Below, one piece after another: positions 37,890 through 51,060 of a stretch of DNA of 64,000 nucleotides (the stretch's first letter is position 1; each line of letters starts with the position of its first letter). Made by a program: the position numbers and the translations under genes. This DNA comes from Macrostomum lignano (Eukaryota), in the NCBI GenBank assembly GCA_002269645.1, contig NIVC01003005.1:62001-126000 (forward strand), written 5' to 3'. The notes under the pieces are model-generated. The model did not search any database. It was given only the letters and a program-made list of their open reading frames with translations, and had not been told where the DNA came from.

Positions 37890-38189
37890 CTGGGAATTAG
37901 TAAAACTGTATGCTGAGGGGCGTGAAGTGCTTGATTGCATTCTGTTTGCTGGGCTGCTATCAGTTGCAATTGCCATATATGCCGATTGCACCCGCCTCGC
38001 GATTGGCCTCAGACTGACGCTTGAGCAGAGAGTCAGCTCGGCTCTGAGTTCGCGTCAAAGGGGAACAAACTCTCTAGCTTAGGGAATCCAGTGAGTCAGG
38101 GGGGGGGAACAACACAGATCTTGCTGGCTTCTATAGATGCAAAGAGAGATCAGGTAGAGATCAGAGTGAGATTAGAGAGATCAGAGAGA

Positions 38190-38300
38190 GATCATGCAGA
38201 GGTCATACAGAGGTCATACAGAGGTCATACAGAGGTCATACAGAGGTCATACAGAGGTCATACAGAGGTCATACAGAGATCATACAGAGGTCATAACAGA
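38190..38300. repeat. 11-bp repeat AGAGGTCATAC
   Basis: Direct observation. Confidence 0.9.
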
Positions 38301-38695
38301 GACCATAAAGAGATTATACAGACGTCACAGAGGAGACAGAGACCATAGTCTCTAGGTTGCTAAATTGCAGTTCCTGACAGACAAGCAGATCAGCCTCTGC
38401 ACCAAGCGAAGAGTTTCAGTTTTGTTGCAAAGCACAAGAATGCAGGATTGCTTTAGAATTTTTGCGAGCATAAAATGTTTAACGACAAAAAATGAATGAC
38501 AACTGAAGATGGGGAACAGAGTCAACACAGGCCTGAAAGGATGCAGTCAGGTCGTTGCGAATGAGTAAGCAGCTGAGAATTTGAGGTTCTAAAAGAGATA
38601 ATTGCAGTGAGGAAGATCCTAAGCTTCACGAGGCCGTACAGCTTTAATTGACAAGAGGAGAAAACTGCAGTCTACATGCGTGCAAGTTTGTTTGC

Positions 38696-39318
<623 letters not shown>

Positions 39319-39956
39319 GAGACGACACACGCTTATCTCTCCAGGATCCTGCTGTGGAATAGAATCGAAAAAGTTCTCTATTCTATGAAATTCAGCCCCC
39401 AGCCGTAGGGCCGCTCACTGCTCACCCTAATCCTTGCTAAAGAAAAGCTTTCTCTCTTCATTTGTGCACGCGCAACGCTGCATGCTGCAGCTCAGAAGAG
39501 ATTCTGAGTCGAGAGAGGCGCAGTCAGTCAGTGGGATAAATTGGGCAAACTCCCAAGCAGACACTTGGTCAAGAACGGAGCAGAGATAGAGAGATAGAGA
39601 TGGAGGCGGAGACTGCGACACAGCCTGCAAAATGAGATCAGCCGTCCAGTGCGTTACATTTGGGATAAAGCAGGGACCAAGGAGAAGAGGATTTTGCCTT
39701 CTTCGGCTCTCGACTCGGCCAGGGGACTCGATGGATTGCCGGGGGATCGGCATGACGAGCGAGCACTGCAAATTACATACATGAGGGACGCACCGGCACT
39801 TCAAAGGGGAGTGGATGGGCCAAGGGAAAATGAAGCAGTCACAGTGTAGGGGAGCCTTTGCCTGAGACATTACTAATAACAGGACAATCAAATGATAGGC
39901 TTTGCCGTGAGGTCTGGACGAAGTTCCCGAGGAGGAAGATTAGAGAGATGGGAATA

Positions 39957-41447
39957 CTGGGTTTACCGGGTGCTGGGTTTACCGGGTGCTGGGTTTACCG
40001 GGTGCTGGGTTTACCGGGTGCTGGGTTTACCGGGTGCTGGGTTTACCGGGTGCTGTTGGGTTTACCGGGTGCTGGGTTTACCGGTTGCTGCTGGTTATAC
40101 CAGGTGCTGGGTTTACCGGGTGCTGGGTTTACCGGGTGCTGGGTTTACCGGGTGCTGGGTTTACCAGGTGCTGGGTTTACCGGGTGCTGGGTTTACCGGG
40201 TGCTGGGTTTACCGGGTGCTGGGTTTACCGGGTGCTGGGTTTACCGGGTGCTGGGTTTACCGGGTGCTGGGTTTACCGGGTGCTGGGTTTACCGGGTGCT
40301 GGGTTTACCGGGTGCTGGGTTTACCGGGTGCTGGGTTTACCGGGTGCTGGGTTTACCGGGTGCTGTTGGGTTTACCAGGTGCTGGGTTTACCGGGTGCTG
40401 AGTTTACCGAGTGCTGGGTTTACCGGGTGCTGTTGGGTTTACCAGGTGCTGGGTTTACCGAATGCTGGGTTCACCGGGTGCTGGGTTTACCGGGTGCTGT
40501 TGGGTTTACCAGGTGCTGGGTTTACCGAATGCTGGGTTCACCGGGTGCTGGGTTTACCGGGTGCTGTTGAGTTTACCAGGTGCTGGGTTTACCGAATGCT
40601 GGGTTCACCGGGTGCTGGGTTTACCGGGTGCTGTTGGGGTTTACCGGGTGCTGTTGGGTTTACCAGGTGCTGGGTTTACCGGGTGCTGTTGGGGTTTACC
40701 GGGTGCTGTTGGGGTTTACCGGGTGCTGGGTTTACCGGGTGCTGTTGGGTTTACCAGGTGCTGGGTTTACCGAATGCTGGGTTCACCGGGTGCTGGGTTT
40801 ACCGGGTGCTGTTGGGTTTACCAGGTGCTGGGTTTACCGAATGCTGGGTTCACCGGGTGCTGGGTTTACCGGGTGCTGTTGGGGTTTACCGGGTGCTGTT
40901 GGGTTTACCAGGTGCTGGGTTTACCGGGTGCTGTTGGGGTTTACCGGGTGCTGTTGGGGTTTACCGGGTGCTGTTAGGGTTTACCGGGTGCTGTTGGGGT
41001 TTACCGGGTGCTGTTGGGGTTTACCGGGTGCTGTTGGGGTTTACCGGGTGCTAGGTTTACCGGGCGCTGCTGGGTTTACCGGGTGCTGTTGGGGTTTACC
41101 GGGTGCTGTTGGGGTTTACCGGGTGCTGGGTTTACCGGGTGCTGTTGGGGTTTACCGGGTGCTGGGTTTACCGGGCGCTGCTGGGTTTACCAGGTGCTGG
41201 GTTTACCAGGTGCTGGGTTTACCAGGTGCTGGGTTTACCAGGTGCTGGGTTTACCAGGTGCTGGGTTTACCAGGTGCTGGGTTTACCAGGTGCTGGGTTT
41301 ACCGGGTGCTGGGTTTACCGGGTGCTGGGTTTACCGGGTGCTGGGTTTACCGGGTGCTGGGTTTACCGAATGCTGGGTTTACCGAGTGCTGGATTCACCG
41401 GGTGCTGGGTTTACAGGGTGCTGTTGGGGTTTACCAGGTGCTGGGTT
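39957..41447. repeat. 16-bp minisatellite CTGGGTTTACCGGGTG with +TGT variants
   Basis: About 1.5 kb; source of the spurious GFTGCWVYRV ORFs. Confidence 0.96.
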
Positions 41448-41814
41448 TTGAGCTTACCTGGTTATCACCTATTCTGTAGCAGTAGAACTACGAGTACGAG
41501 TGTAAATCAATATTGTTGAGGAAACTTCAGAGAGCTTAATCTGTGAAAGTTCATCGAATACTATGAACTGCTCAGCGAGTCGAGTAGAGTACATGTAGAG
41601 TACGTTTGTGCATATCGTGACTTTTTCGGTCACTGCCTAATTTAGATTTTTTCTATTCTAACAGAACTACAGTTCGTAATTACTTGTCTGAGGTAGCACT
41701 GAGGGTTTGGGTGGCAATTCGGCAAACGAATATAGAGACTTAAATTTTTTAAATAATCAATTTCATTTTATGATCAGGATTATAGAGTGGGTGATACAAC
41801 GCAGGGAGATGAGT

Positions 41815-42705
41815 GAAAAGAGGAGAGGAGAGGAGGGGAAAGGAGGGGAGAGGAGAGGAGAGCAGAGGAGAGGAGAAGAGAGAGAGAAGAGAAGAAGCGA
41901 GGAGAGGAGAGAGAGGAGGAGAAGAGAGGAAAGGAGAGAGAGGAGATAGAGGAGAGAAAGGAGAGGAGAGGAGAGAGAGGAGGAGAAGAGAGGAGAGGAG
42001 AGAGAGGAGAGAGGAGAGAGAGGAGAGGAAAGAAGAGGAGAGGAGAGGAGAGGAGAGGAGAGGAGAGGAGAAGAGAGGAGGGGAGAGGAGAGGAGAGGAG
42101 AGGAGGGGAGAGATGGAAGAGGAGGGGAGAGAGGAGAGGAGAGGAGGGGAGAGGAGAGGAGAGGAGAGGAGTGGAGAGGAGAGAAAAGAGAGAGAGAAGA
42201 GGAGAAGAGAGGAGAGGAGAGAGAGGAGATAGAGGAGAGAAAGGAGAGGAGAGGAGAGAGAGGAGAGAAAGGAGAGGAGAGAGAGGAGAGAGAGAGGAGA
42301 GGAGAGGAGAGGAGAGGAGAGGAGAGGAGAGGAGAGAGAGAGAGGAGAGAAGAGAGAGGAGAGAGAGGAGAGGAGAGAGAGGAGAGGAGAGAGAGGAGAG
42401 GAGGGGAGAGGAGAGGACAGGAGAGGAGAGGAGGGGAGATGAGAGGAGAGGAGAGAGAGGAGAGGAGAGGAGAGGAGAGGAGAGGAGAGGAGAGGAGAGG
42501 AGAGAGAGGAGAGAGAGGAGAGGAGAGAGAGGAGGAGAGGAGAGGAGAGGAGAGGAGAGGAGAGGAGAGGAGAGGAGAGAGAGAGGAGAGGAGAGGAGAG
42601 GAGAGGAGAGGAGAGGAGGGGAGAGGAGAGGAGAGGAGAGGAGAGGAGAGGAGAGGAGGCGAGAGGAGAGGAGAGGAGGGGAGAGGAGAGGAGAGGAGAG
42701 CAAGG
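41815..42705. repeat. Polypurine (GAGAG)n low-complexity tract
   Basis: Direct observation. Confidence 0.96.
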
Positions 42706-43334
42706 GAGCAGAGCGGTAAGGGAGAAGACACAGTCAGCAAGGCAAATCAGAGCAAAGCGGGCAGGCCCAATCCTTTCAATCCAACCCCAAGCTCCCAGCC
42801 AGCAGAGGTTCAATCGGTTTTTCCTCTGCCTTGCTGCAATTATTCTAACAAAATATTGCTGGCCGAGCCAGAAGCAGCCAGTAGAGTTCAATAAGGAAAA
42901 ACTTGAGCAGCTATTAATTTTAATGGCCCAAAGCCAAACCAAACCCCGACGCTTCGTCTCAGCTGGGCCGCCAATTCCCCACAGTCAACTCAGCCCCATC
43001 AGCCCAGAGCACTGAGCAGTCTTGGCTTTCTTAGACAACATGCAAATCCTTTTCTCCTTACCCGACGGGCTCAGGGTATCAATTCTGAACTCAGGGTCTT
43101 TGAACTGCCTCCCGCGTGACTGCGCATAACAATGCTCTCATCTCTGCCTCCGTTTGATCATAGCTAATGCTTCTTGCTTTGACAAGTTCATTCAGATATT
43201 TCATGCTTCAGAAGAACTTGTTTTCGCCTTGCCATTTGTTGCGAGAACGTCTTCTAGTGCAGTTCTTTTCAGAGAGGGAAACGGGATAAAGCATGTATTG
43301 GTTATTTATCCACAAGAGAACTTTTACTTATCTG

Positions 43335-43500
43335 ATCTCTCCCCTCCTCTCCCATGTCTCCCCTCCTCTCCCTTCTCCCCTCCTCTCCCATCTCTCCCCT
43401 CCTCTCCCATCTCTCCCCTCCTCTCCCATCTCTCCCCTCCTCTCCCATGTCTCCCCTACCCCCTACTTCACCCCTCTTCCCCTATTCTCCCCTATTCCTG
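43335..43500. repeat. Polypyrimidine TCTCCCCTCCTCTCCCA repeat
   Basis: Direct observation. Confidence 0.9.
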
Positions 43501-43944
43501 TACTTCTTCCCTCCTCCCTATTTCTTCTTCCAAACTAAGGAACTGAATTCCCTCCTTCATCTCTACAAAATATTTTCAAATATCGACTCTTTAACATTGT
43601 TGAAGAGACCAATTGGAGCTGAAGATTGCTGCTGGTCTCCCAACCAATAACGAGTACCGGAGCAAGGACTGAGTTGCAGACCTATTGACCCAATTTTATC
43701 AAGTGGTTAATCTATCAACTAAGTTTGCTGCAAGGACTACAAGGGCTGCAAGTTGTTAAGTAGTCCTTGGTTCGCTGTTGAAGGCGGCACAGAAACGAAG
43801 AATTGATCGAATATATCTGTCTTTTCCGCCTGCTGCTGAAGAAAGTCCATGTAAATTTTGCTTTTAAAAAATTTTCTGTTGGGTCACGGTATTTTGAGAC
43901 GCAAAAAGAAACAGCAAGAAGATAAATTTAGTGTGCAAAAGCTA

Positions 43945-44270
43945 GGGGAGAAGTAGAGAGAGGGAGAGAGAAGTAGAGGGGGAGAGAGAAGTAGAGAGAG
44001 GAGAGAGAAGTAGAGAGAGAGAAGTAGAGAGAGGGAGAGAGAGAAGTAGAGAGAGGGAGAGAGAAGTAGAGGGGGAGAGAGAAGTAGAGAGAGGGAGAGA
44101 GAAGTAGAGGGGGAGAGAGAAGTAGAGAGAGGAAGAGATAAGTAGAGGTCGAGAGAGAAGTAGAGAGAGAGAAATAGAGAGAGGGAGAGATAAGTAGAGA
44201 GAGGAGAGATAAGTAGAGCTCGAGAGAGAAGTAGAGAGGGGGAGAGTAGATAGGGGATAGAGAAGCAGAG
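43945..44270. repeat. GAGAGAAGTAGAG purine-rich repeat
   Basis: Direct observation. Confidence 0.92.
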
Positions 44271-44680
44271 AAGTAGACAGCAATCCTGCAGTGCTGGAGA
44301 GTTTGCAGTCCAAGACAAAAAAGATTATAGAAACTCTTCGAAGCTTTCAAATATATGCAGCGATCTCGACAAAGGAAATTAGCGATCGAACAGAAGAAAT
44401 TTGCTCGATATTAGCTAACTAGTTTATTTTATCACTGGACAACCAGTTTTCAAGTGTGAACAGGTTCGAATCTGTCTGCGGCTACGCAAGGCTAAATGTT
44501 TTAGTTGATTCGATAATTTTTACACAGACAACCTTCGAAGTGCTTCGCTTTCAGCTCGCATTGGGCCAAGTAGATAGGACTGAGATAAGAGTTCGACAGA
44601 GGGACAGGCGCACAACCTTGATTCCGCTTCGCGACAACCTATTCATTGAGACAGCGTGTTGGCAGGCAGCTGACTCTGCT

Positions 44681-44943
44681 TTAGTTTTCATTGACGCTTC
44701 GCTTCTTGCGGTAGGAGCTGCGATAGTAGCGGCTGTAGTACTCGCCAAGCAGAGTGCCTAGGTCCTTCTCGTTCATCGAGCAGTCGGTCTTGCAGGAGCG
44801 GATGCTGGAGCCGCGGATGCCGAGGGCGGAGCTGACGCAGCACTGGCCTGGCGGGCAATCCGAGTCCACCTGGCAGTCGATGCGGCGTGGCATGCCGAAG
44901 TCGTAGTAGCGCGGCATCTCTCGCTCGCAGACGCCGCCGTATC
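44681..44943 (-). CDS. Secreted double cystine-knot-like precursor, exon 3 (Cys6, second Cys domain, RKKR site); total 149 aa
   Basis: Acceptor tacgcAG|GA matches phase 1. RYGGVCEREMPRYYDFGMPRRIDCQVDSDCPPGQCCVSSALGIRGSSIRSCKTDC...RKKRSVNEN*. Confidence 0.85.
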
Positions 44944-46369
44944 CTGCGTAGTGTTTGATTGGTTGCTATTTTTAGCACAGGAGGGTTTGTCCGACGAGTC
45001 GAGGGGGGGGGGTTTAAACGAAGAATGCGTTTGATTGGTTGCCATTTTTAGCACTCCCTCGGCAGGGATACAAGTGAAAATCACGGGCTCTTCTAATTGG
45101 TTGCTATTTTTAGCGTGGCAGGGCTACCCCTGGGCAAGGAAAACCTTTTTTGCTTGATTATATATTTAGAGCTCAACATTTTTTCTCCAGAAAGTAAAGT
45201 TTAGCGCTCAGTGTTTCTTTAATTGGCTCGCTAATTTTATGCCCTCGCTAATTTAGATTTTTAAAAATGGAAACCCAATCAAAAGGTTCCCGATTATTGA
45301 ATACTCGGAGCATTAAAAGTGCAAACTTACTGAAGATATTCCATAAAATGGCCCATTGCAGTTCTCTACGAAAACACAAAACTTTCAGGCAAAAGTTGTC
45401 CGAGCCCACTCAACAAACTGCATTTTATCCTTGGGATTCGAAATCCAATTCTGAGACCGGAAAACGGCGTCGCGCCCTTCCCAGCGCCACAATTTGATCA
45501 GCTTAAGGAGGCTTTAAAATCCCCCCCCCGATGGGACCTCAGAGTGCTGGGAATCGGCGACAGACGAGAAGGGAAGAGCGAGGATGAAGACTGGGAGACT
45601 CCCCGGTCTCATGGCAAACTTGGAATATTCGATAAGGCTGGGGAACAGCCCGCTGGGGATTCTGACTTGGGGAAACGATTTCTCCTGCCGCACGGAACCT
45701 CAGCTTTCAATGCTTCTTTGTTGCCAAGTAGGGCGGAGAATCTTCTTTTCGGGGAACTGCTCAGAACTCTGCCATGTCCCCCCCCCACCCAACGAAATAA
45801 AATGCCACTTCTCGCGGCTGCTAACTGAATTCTGGAGAAAGAGAATTTGATTGAGGGGAAAATGGTTGATTTTATGGACCGGGCCGAGCTGGGCGCCTCA
45901 TCAATTTTCAGCTCCCTGCTGCTGCTGCTGCTGCTGGCTTCTTAGCCGGCCAGCAGGAATGCAAAATGAGGAGAGCTGCAGTGGCGGCTCTTCTCCCCAC
46001 AGAATAAAAATTGGCCAAGCAAAACAGAGAGAACTGGCCCCTCATTGCGTGGCGCGGAAATGTTAAAAATAAGTCAGTGGCACAAGAAATTATGGCAAGA
46101 GATTTCTGGCAGCATTCTGGATGTGGCCGCTGAGCCAGCTGTGCAACATTTATTAACGAAGTTTTGAGTGGCAGCTTTTTTGTACCCAAAACTGCATGTG
46201 GATACTAAAAATAGACTTTATTGTAAATAGACATCCGCGATGGAAGTCTGGGTGGTGCATTGATGGGAACATATTGCAACGGTACTCATGTGGTTTAAAA
46301 ATATCCCCAAAAGAAGCGCTCCGTATGGAAAGCTTTTAGAATTGGTATATTTATTTTTGTCTGGGTCCC

Positions 46370-47430
46370 CGATGTTGGCTAGATTAGCAATCCATTCTAT
46401 TCCTTCATCAGTGATGCTGGCTAGATTAGCAATCCATTCTATTCCTTCATCAGTGATGCTGGCTAGATTAGCAATCCATTCTATTCCTTCATCAGTGATG
46501 CTGGCTAGATTAGCAATCAATTCTATTCCTTCATCAGTGATGCTGGCTAGATTAGCAATCCATTCTATTCCTTCATCAGTGATGTTGGCTAGATTAGCAA
46601 TCCATTCTATTCCTTCATCAGTGATGCTGGCTAGATTAGCATTAGCAATCCATTCTATTCCTTCATCAGTGATGTTGGCTAGATTAGCAATCCATTCTAT
46701 TCCTTCATTAGTGATGTTGGCTAGATTAGCAATCCATTCTATTCCTTCAGTGATGCTGGCTAGATTAGCAATCCATTCTATTCCTTCATCAGTGATGCTG
46801 GCTAGATTAGCAATCCATTCTTATTCCTTCATCAGTGATGCTGGCTAGATTAGCAATCCATTCTATTCCTTCATCAGTGATGCTGGCTAGATTAGCAATC
46901 CATTCTATTCCTTCATCAGTGTGATGTTGGCTAGATTAGCAATCCATTCTATTCCTTCATCAGTGAGATGTTGGCTAGATTAGCAATCCATTCTATTCCT
47001 TCATCAGTGATGCTGGCTAGATTAGCAATCCATTCTATTCCTTCATCAGTGAGATGTTGGCTAGATTAGCAATCCATTCTATTCCTTCATCAGTGATGCT
47101 GGCTAGATTAGCAATCCATTCTATTCCTTCATCAGTGATGTTGGCTAGATTAGCAATCCATTATATTCCTTCATCAGTGATGTTGGCTAGATTAGCAATC
47201 CGTTCTATTCCTTCATCAGTGATGTTGGCTAGATTAGCAATCCAATCTATTCCTTCATCAGTGAGATGTTGGCTAGATTAGCAATCCATTCTATTCCTTC
47301 ATCAATGATGTTGGCTAGATTAGCAATCCATTCTATTCCTTCATCAGTGATGGCTAGATTAGCAATCCATTCTACTCCTTCATCAGTGATGCTGGCTAGA
47401 TTAGCAATCCATTCTACTCCTTCATCAGTG
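46370..47430. repeat. 42-bp minisatellite GATGCTGGCTAGATTAGCAATCCATTCTATTCCTTCATCAGT in knottin-gene intron 2
   Basis: About 25 copies; begins ~20 nt from the exon 2 donor. Confidence 0.96.
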
Positions 47431-47451
47431 TCACTCATCAGGGTCACTCAC

Positions 47452-47527
47452 TCTTATAACCGTATCGGCAGACCAGGCCATCGCAGCACACCGTGTCCGA
47501 GTAGCAAAACGAGCCCTCAAAGCCGCA
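47452..47527 (-). CDS. Secreted double cystine-knot-like precursor, exon 2 (ICK domain Cys1-5)
   Basis: Acceptor cacctttttAG|TGC, CGFEGSFCYSDTVCCDGLVCRYGYK. Donor A|GTGAGT, phase 1. Confidence 0.85.
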
Positions 47528-47674
47528 CTAAAAAGGTGCAAAAAGGTGAAAATCGCAAATGACGAATATCGAATATCTTCAGCACACGCAGATCTCATCA
47601 GCGCAGAAACCGATATCAAATTTCAACGAATAGCTTATAGTTAGATCGAATATGATGATTCGATTGCAACTCAC

Positions 47675-47785
47675 GTTGCTATCTGAGCCGCCGCCCATGA
47701 TCCTGATGAAGCCCGCAGCCTCCCTAGGACCCATGCTGATCGACAGGGCGACAGTCAGAGCAATCAAAATGGTTGCAGCTGTCAT
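47675..47785 (-). CDS. Secreted double cystine-knot-like peptide precursor, exon 1 (signal peptide)
   Basis: ATG at 47785, MTAATILIALTVALSISMGPREAAGFIRIMGGGSDSN. Donor AAC|GTGAGT, phase 0. Confidence 0.85.
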
Positions 47786-48104
47786 TTCGCTGCTTTGTTA
47801 AAATATGGAATTCAGGGAAAACTTTTCAAAGGTTGAAAAATAGTTTTCTTAGGATCGACTTGAACAGCTAGCGCGCCCTGGAGATGCCGCTGGGTCCCTG
47901 TTTTAGCTGACGAAATTGATGACTTCTTCAGCCGCTCGACTAGAAAGTGATTCTTTCCAGCGGCAGCCCGAGTGCAGAGGGTTTATACCCCACCGAGGCT
48001 GGGGTTCCTGACCAATGGGGAGAGGCCTCAGACTGGCTGGCAGTTTGAGGAGCTAGCTCGATCATTGGCAAATCACATTCTGAGCATGGGTACCATGAGA
48101 CTCT

Positions 48105-49685
48105 AACATCATGAGACTCATTATCATGAGAGTTGAGCATCAGGAGACTTTAGTATCATGAGAGTCTAGCATCATGAGAGTCTAGCATCATGAGAGTCTA
48201 GCATCAAGAGAGTCTAGCATCATGAGAATCAAGCATCATGAGAGTCTAGCATCATGAGAATCAAGCATCATGAGAGTCTAGCATCATGAGAGTCTAGCAT
48301 CAAGAGAGTCTAGCATCATGAGAATCAAGCATCATGAGAGTCTAGCATCATGAGAGTCTAGCATCAAGAGAGTCTAGCATCATGAGAATCAAGCATCATG
48401 AGAGTCTAGCATCATGAGAATCAAGCATCATGAGAGTCTAGCATCATGACAGTCTAGCATCATGACAGTCTAGCATCAGAGACTTCAGTATCATGAGAGT
48501 CTAGCATCATGAGAATCAAGCATCATGAGAGTCTAGCATCATGACAGTCTAGCATCATGACAGTCTAGCATCATGAGACTTCAGTATCATGAGAGTCTAG
48601 CATCATGACAGTCTAGCATCATGACAGTCTAGCATCATGAGACTTCAGTATCATGAGAGTCTAGCATCATGACAGTCTAGCATCATGACAGTCTAGCATC
48701 ATGAGACTTCAGTATCATGAGAGTCTAGCATCATGAGAGTCTAGCATCATGACAGTCTAGCATCATGACAGTCTAGCATCATGAGACTTCAGTATCATGA
48801 GAGTCTAGCATCATGAGAGTCTAGCATCATGAGAGTCTAGCATCATGAGAGTCTAGCATCATGAGAGTCTAGCATCATGACAGTCTAGCATCATGACAGT
48901 CTAGCATCATGACAGTCTAGCATCATGAGACTTCAGTATCATGAGAGTCTAGCATCATGACAGTCTAGCATCATGACAGTCTAGCATCATGAGACTTCAG
49001 TATCATGAGAGTCTAGCATCATGACAGTCTAGCATCATGACAGTCTAGCATCATGAGACTTCAGTATCATGAGAGTCTAGCATCATGAGAGTCTAGCATC
49101 ATGACAGTCTAGCATCATGACAGTCTAGCATCATGAGACTTCAGTATCATGAGAGTCTAGCATCATGAGAGTCTAGCATCATGACAGTCTAGCATCATGA
49201 CAGTCTAGCATCATGACAGTCTAGCATCATGAGACTTCAGTATCATGAGAGTTGAGCATCAGGAGACTTCAGTACCATGAGAGTTGAGAATCAGGAGACT
49301 TCAGTACCATGAGAGTTGAGAATCAGGAGACTTCAGTACCATGAGAGTTGAGAATCAGGAGACTTCAGTATCATGAGAGTTGAGAATCAGGAGACTTCAG
49401 TATCATGAGAGTTGAGCATCAGGAGACTTCAGTATCATGAGAGTTGAGCATCATGAGACTCAGTAAGTATCACGAGAGTTGAGAATCAGGAGACTTCAGT
49501 ATCATGAGAGTTGAGCATCAGGAGACTTCAGTATCATGAGAGTTGAGAATCAGGAGACTTCAGTATCATGAGAGTTGAGCATCAGGAGACTTCAGTATCA
49601 TGAGAGTTGAGCATCAGGAGACTTCAGTATCATGAGAGTTGAGCATCATGAGACTTCAGTATCATGAGAGTCTAGCATCAGGAGA
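48105..49685. repeat. 16-bp minisatellite GAGAGTCTAGCATCAT with longer GAGACTTCAGTATCAT-containing variants
   Basis: About 1.6 kb array upstream of the knottin gene. Confidence 0.95.
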
Positions 49686-50644
49686 CTTTAAGAAACGGAC
49701 ACTTCTGTAACATAAGACTTCAGTAATATACACTTTAGTATCATGAGACTTCAGTGAACAAACACCAGTCACTTCAGCAACAGACACTTGAACAGCCAAG
49801 CCTTTTTCAACCAAACATGCAAATACCTTTGCCATGGGATGCTAGCTAATGCAGTCTGTGTTGATTAATAAATCAGACATATGCAGTTTCATGCACACGG
49901 TTCTGTATCCGATCCGCCCCAGCTTCATTCCTTTAGCGCGTAATTACGCACACAGCGAATGCAAAGGGAGAACGACGGCCACAAAGGACCAAAAATCGAT
50001 GACCTGAATCGAAAATTTTTCTCTCTAGAAGTCCTTCTCCAAGCACACCAGGCCAATGCTTGGTCGATGCAGATACAGCTACACCCGGTCTCTGTGATAC
50101 ATACAGGGCCATATATTATTTTCCCACAGCAAAGCAACAATTAGAGCTAGAATGGTTGACAGGTGAGAATTCTCTCACAAAGAAAAATTGTGTATCATGA
50201 AATATTCATTAACACTAAACACTACACTATTATGATTATTTATTGCATTCTGTTGTAAGGGAAACAAACAGACAGCAGTGCTGCATTTGGCAACTAATAA
50301 TATTTACTCTTTTCATTTCATGCCATCTGCATATTTATTGATTTGTATTATTATTGAACAGTCGGATACAGTAAAACTCATAAGACAAGGGCAGTACAGA
50401 CCGACCATACAAGACAAACAGCAGGCATTTGGCGTAAAGCAAAACAAGAAAACAAGAGGATTACAAAACAAGACATATTATAATTACGACAACAAATTTG
50501 AATAGTGTTTAGCTGCATATTTTACCAATAGAACAATATTTATTGTTTATAATTACAGTCAAACATTGGAATTTTGTTGATTATTGGACACATTGAGAAT
50601 CCAAACGCAATGCACATTTTCTATATTTGGAATTTTGCTTATGG

Positions 50645-51060
50645 GGAGATGAAGGGAGAGACGAAGGGAGAAAAAAGGAGAGATAAAGGGAGGGATAAAG
50701 AGAGAAAGATGAAGGGATGGATGTAGGGAGAGAGGAAGGGAGAGATGAAGTAGATTAAAGGGAGATATGAAGCGAGAGAAGGGAGATTAAGGGGAGGGAT
50801 GGAGGGAGGGATGAAGGGAGAGGTGAAAGGAGATTAAAGGAAGATGAAGGGAGATTCAAGGGAGAGATAAAGGGAGGAATGAAGGGAAGGATGAATAGAG
50901 ATAAAAGGAGAGATGAAGGAAGAAATGAAGGGAGATTAAAGGCGGAGATTAAGGGAGGGATGAAGGGCGAGATAAAGGGGGATGAAGGGAGATGAAAGGG
51001 AGAGGTGTATTTTTAGGAGAGGAGATACAAGGAGAGAAGAAAGGGATAAAATGGAGGGAT
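50645..51060. repeat. Purine-rich low-complexity tract (GGGAGA/GATGAA)
   Basis: Direct observation. Confidence 0.85.

Noticed and set aside
39858-41519. Cys/Gly-rich ORFs up to 398 aa and telomere-like GGGTTTA
   Set aside because: 16-bp minisatellite open in several frames. GGGTTTA is embedded in a longer unit, not a telomeric array.
41749-42942. Ser/Pro/Leu- and Glu/Arg/Gly-rich ORFs
   Set aside because: Translation of (GAGAG)n low-complexity DNA.
43750-43860. Short - strand ORF MDFLQQQAEKTDIFDQFF... as first exon of the orphan gene
   Set aside because: 37 codons, weak donor, and no phase-consistent path to the 38043/37889 exon could be established.
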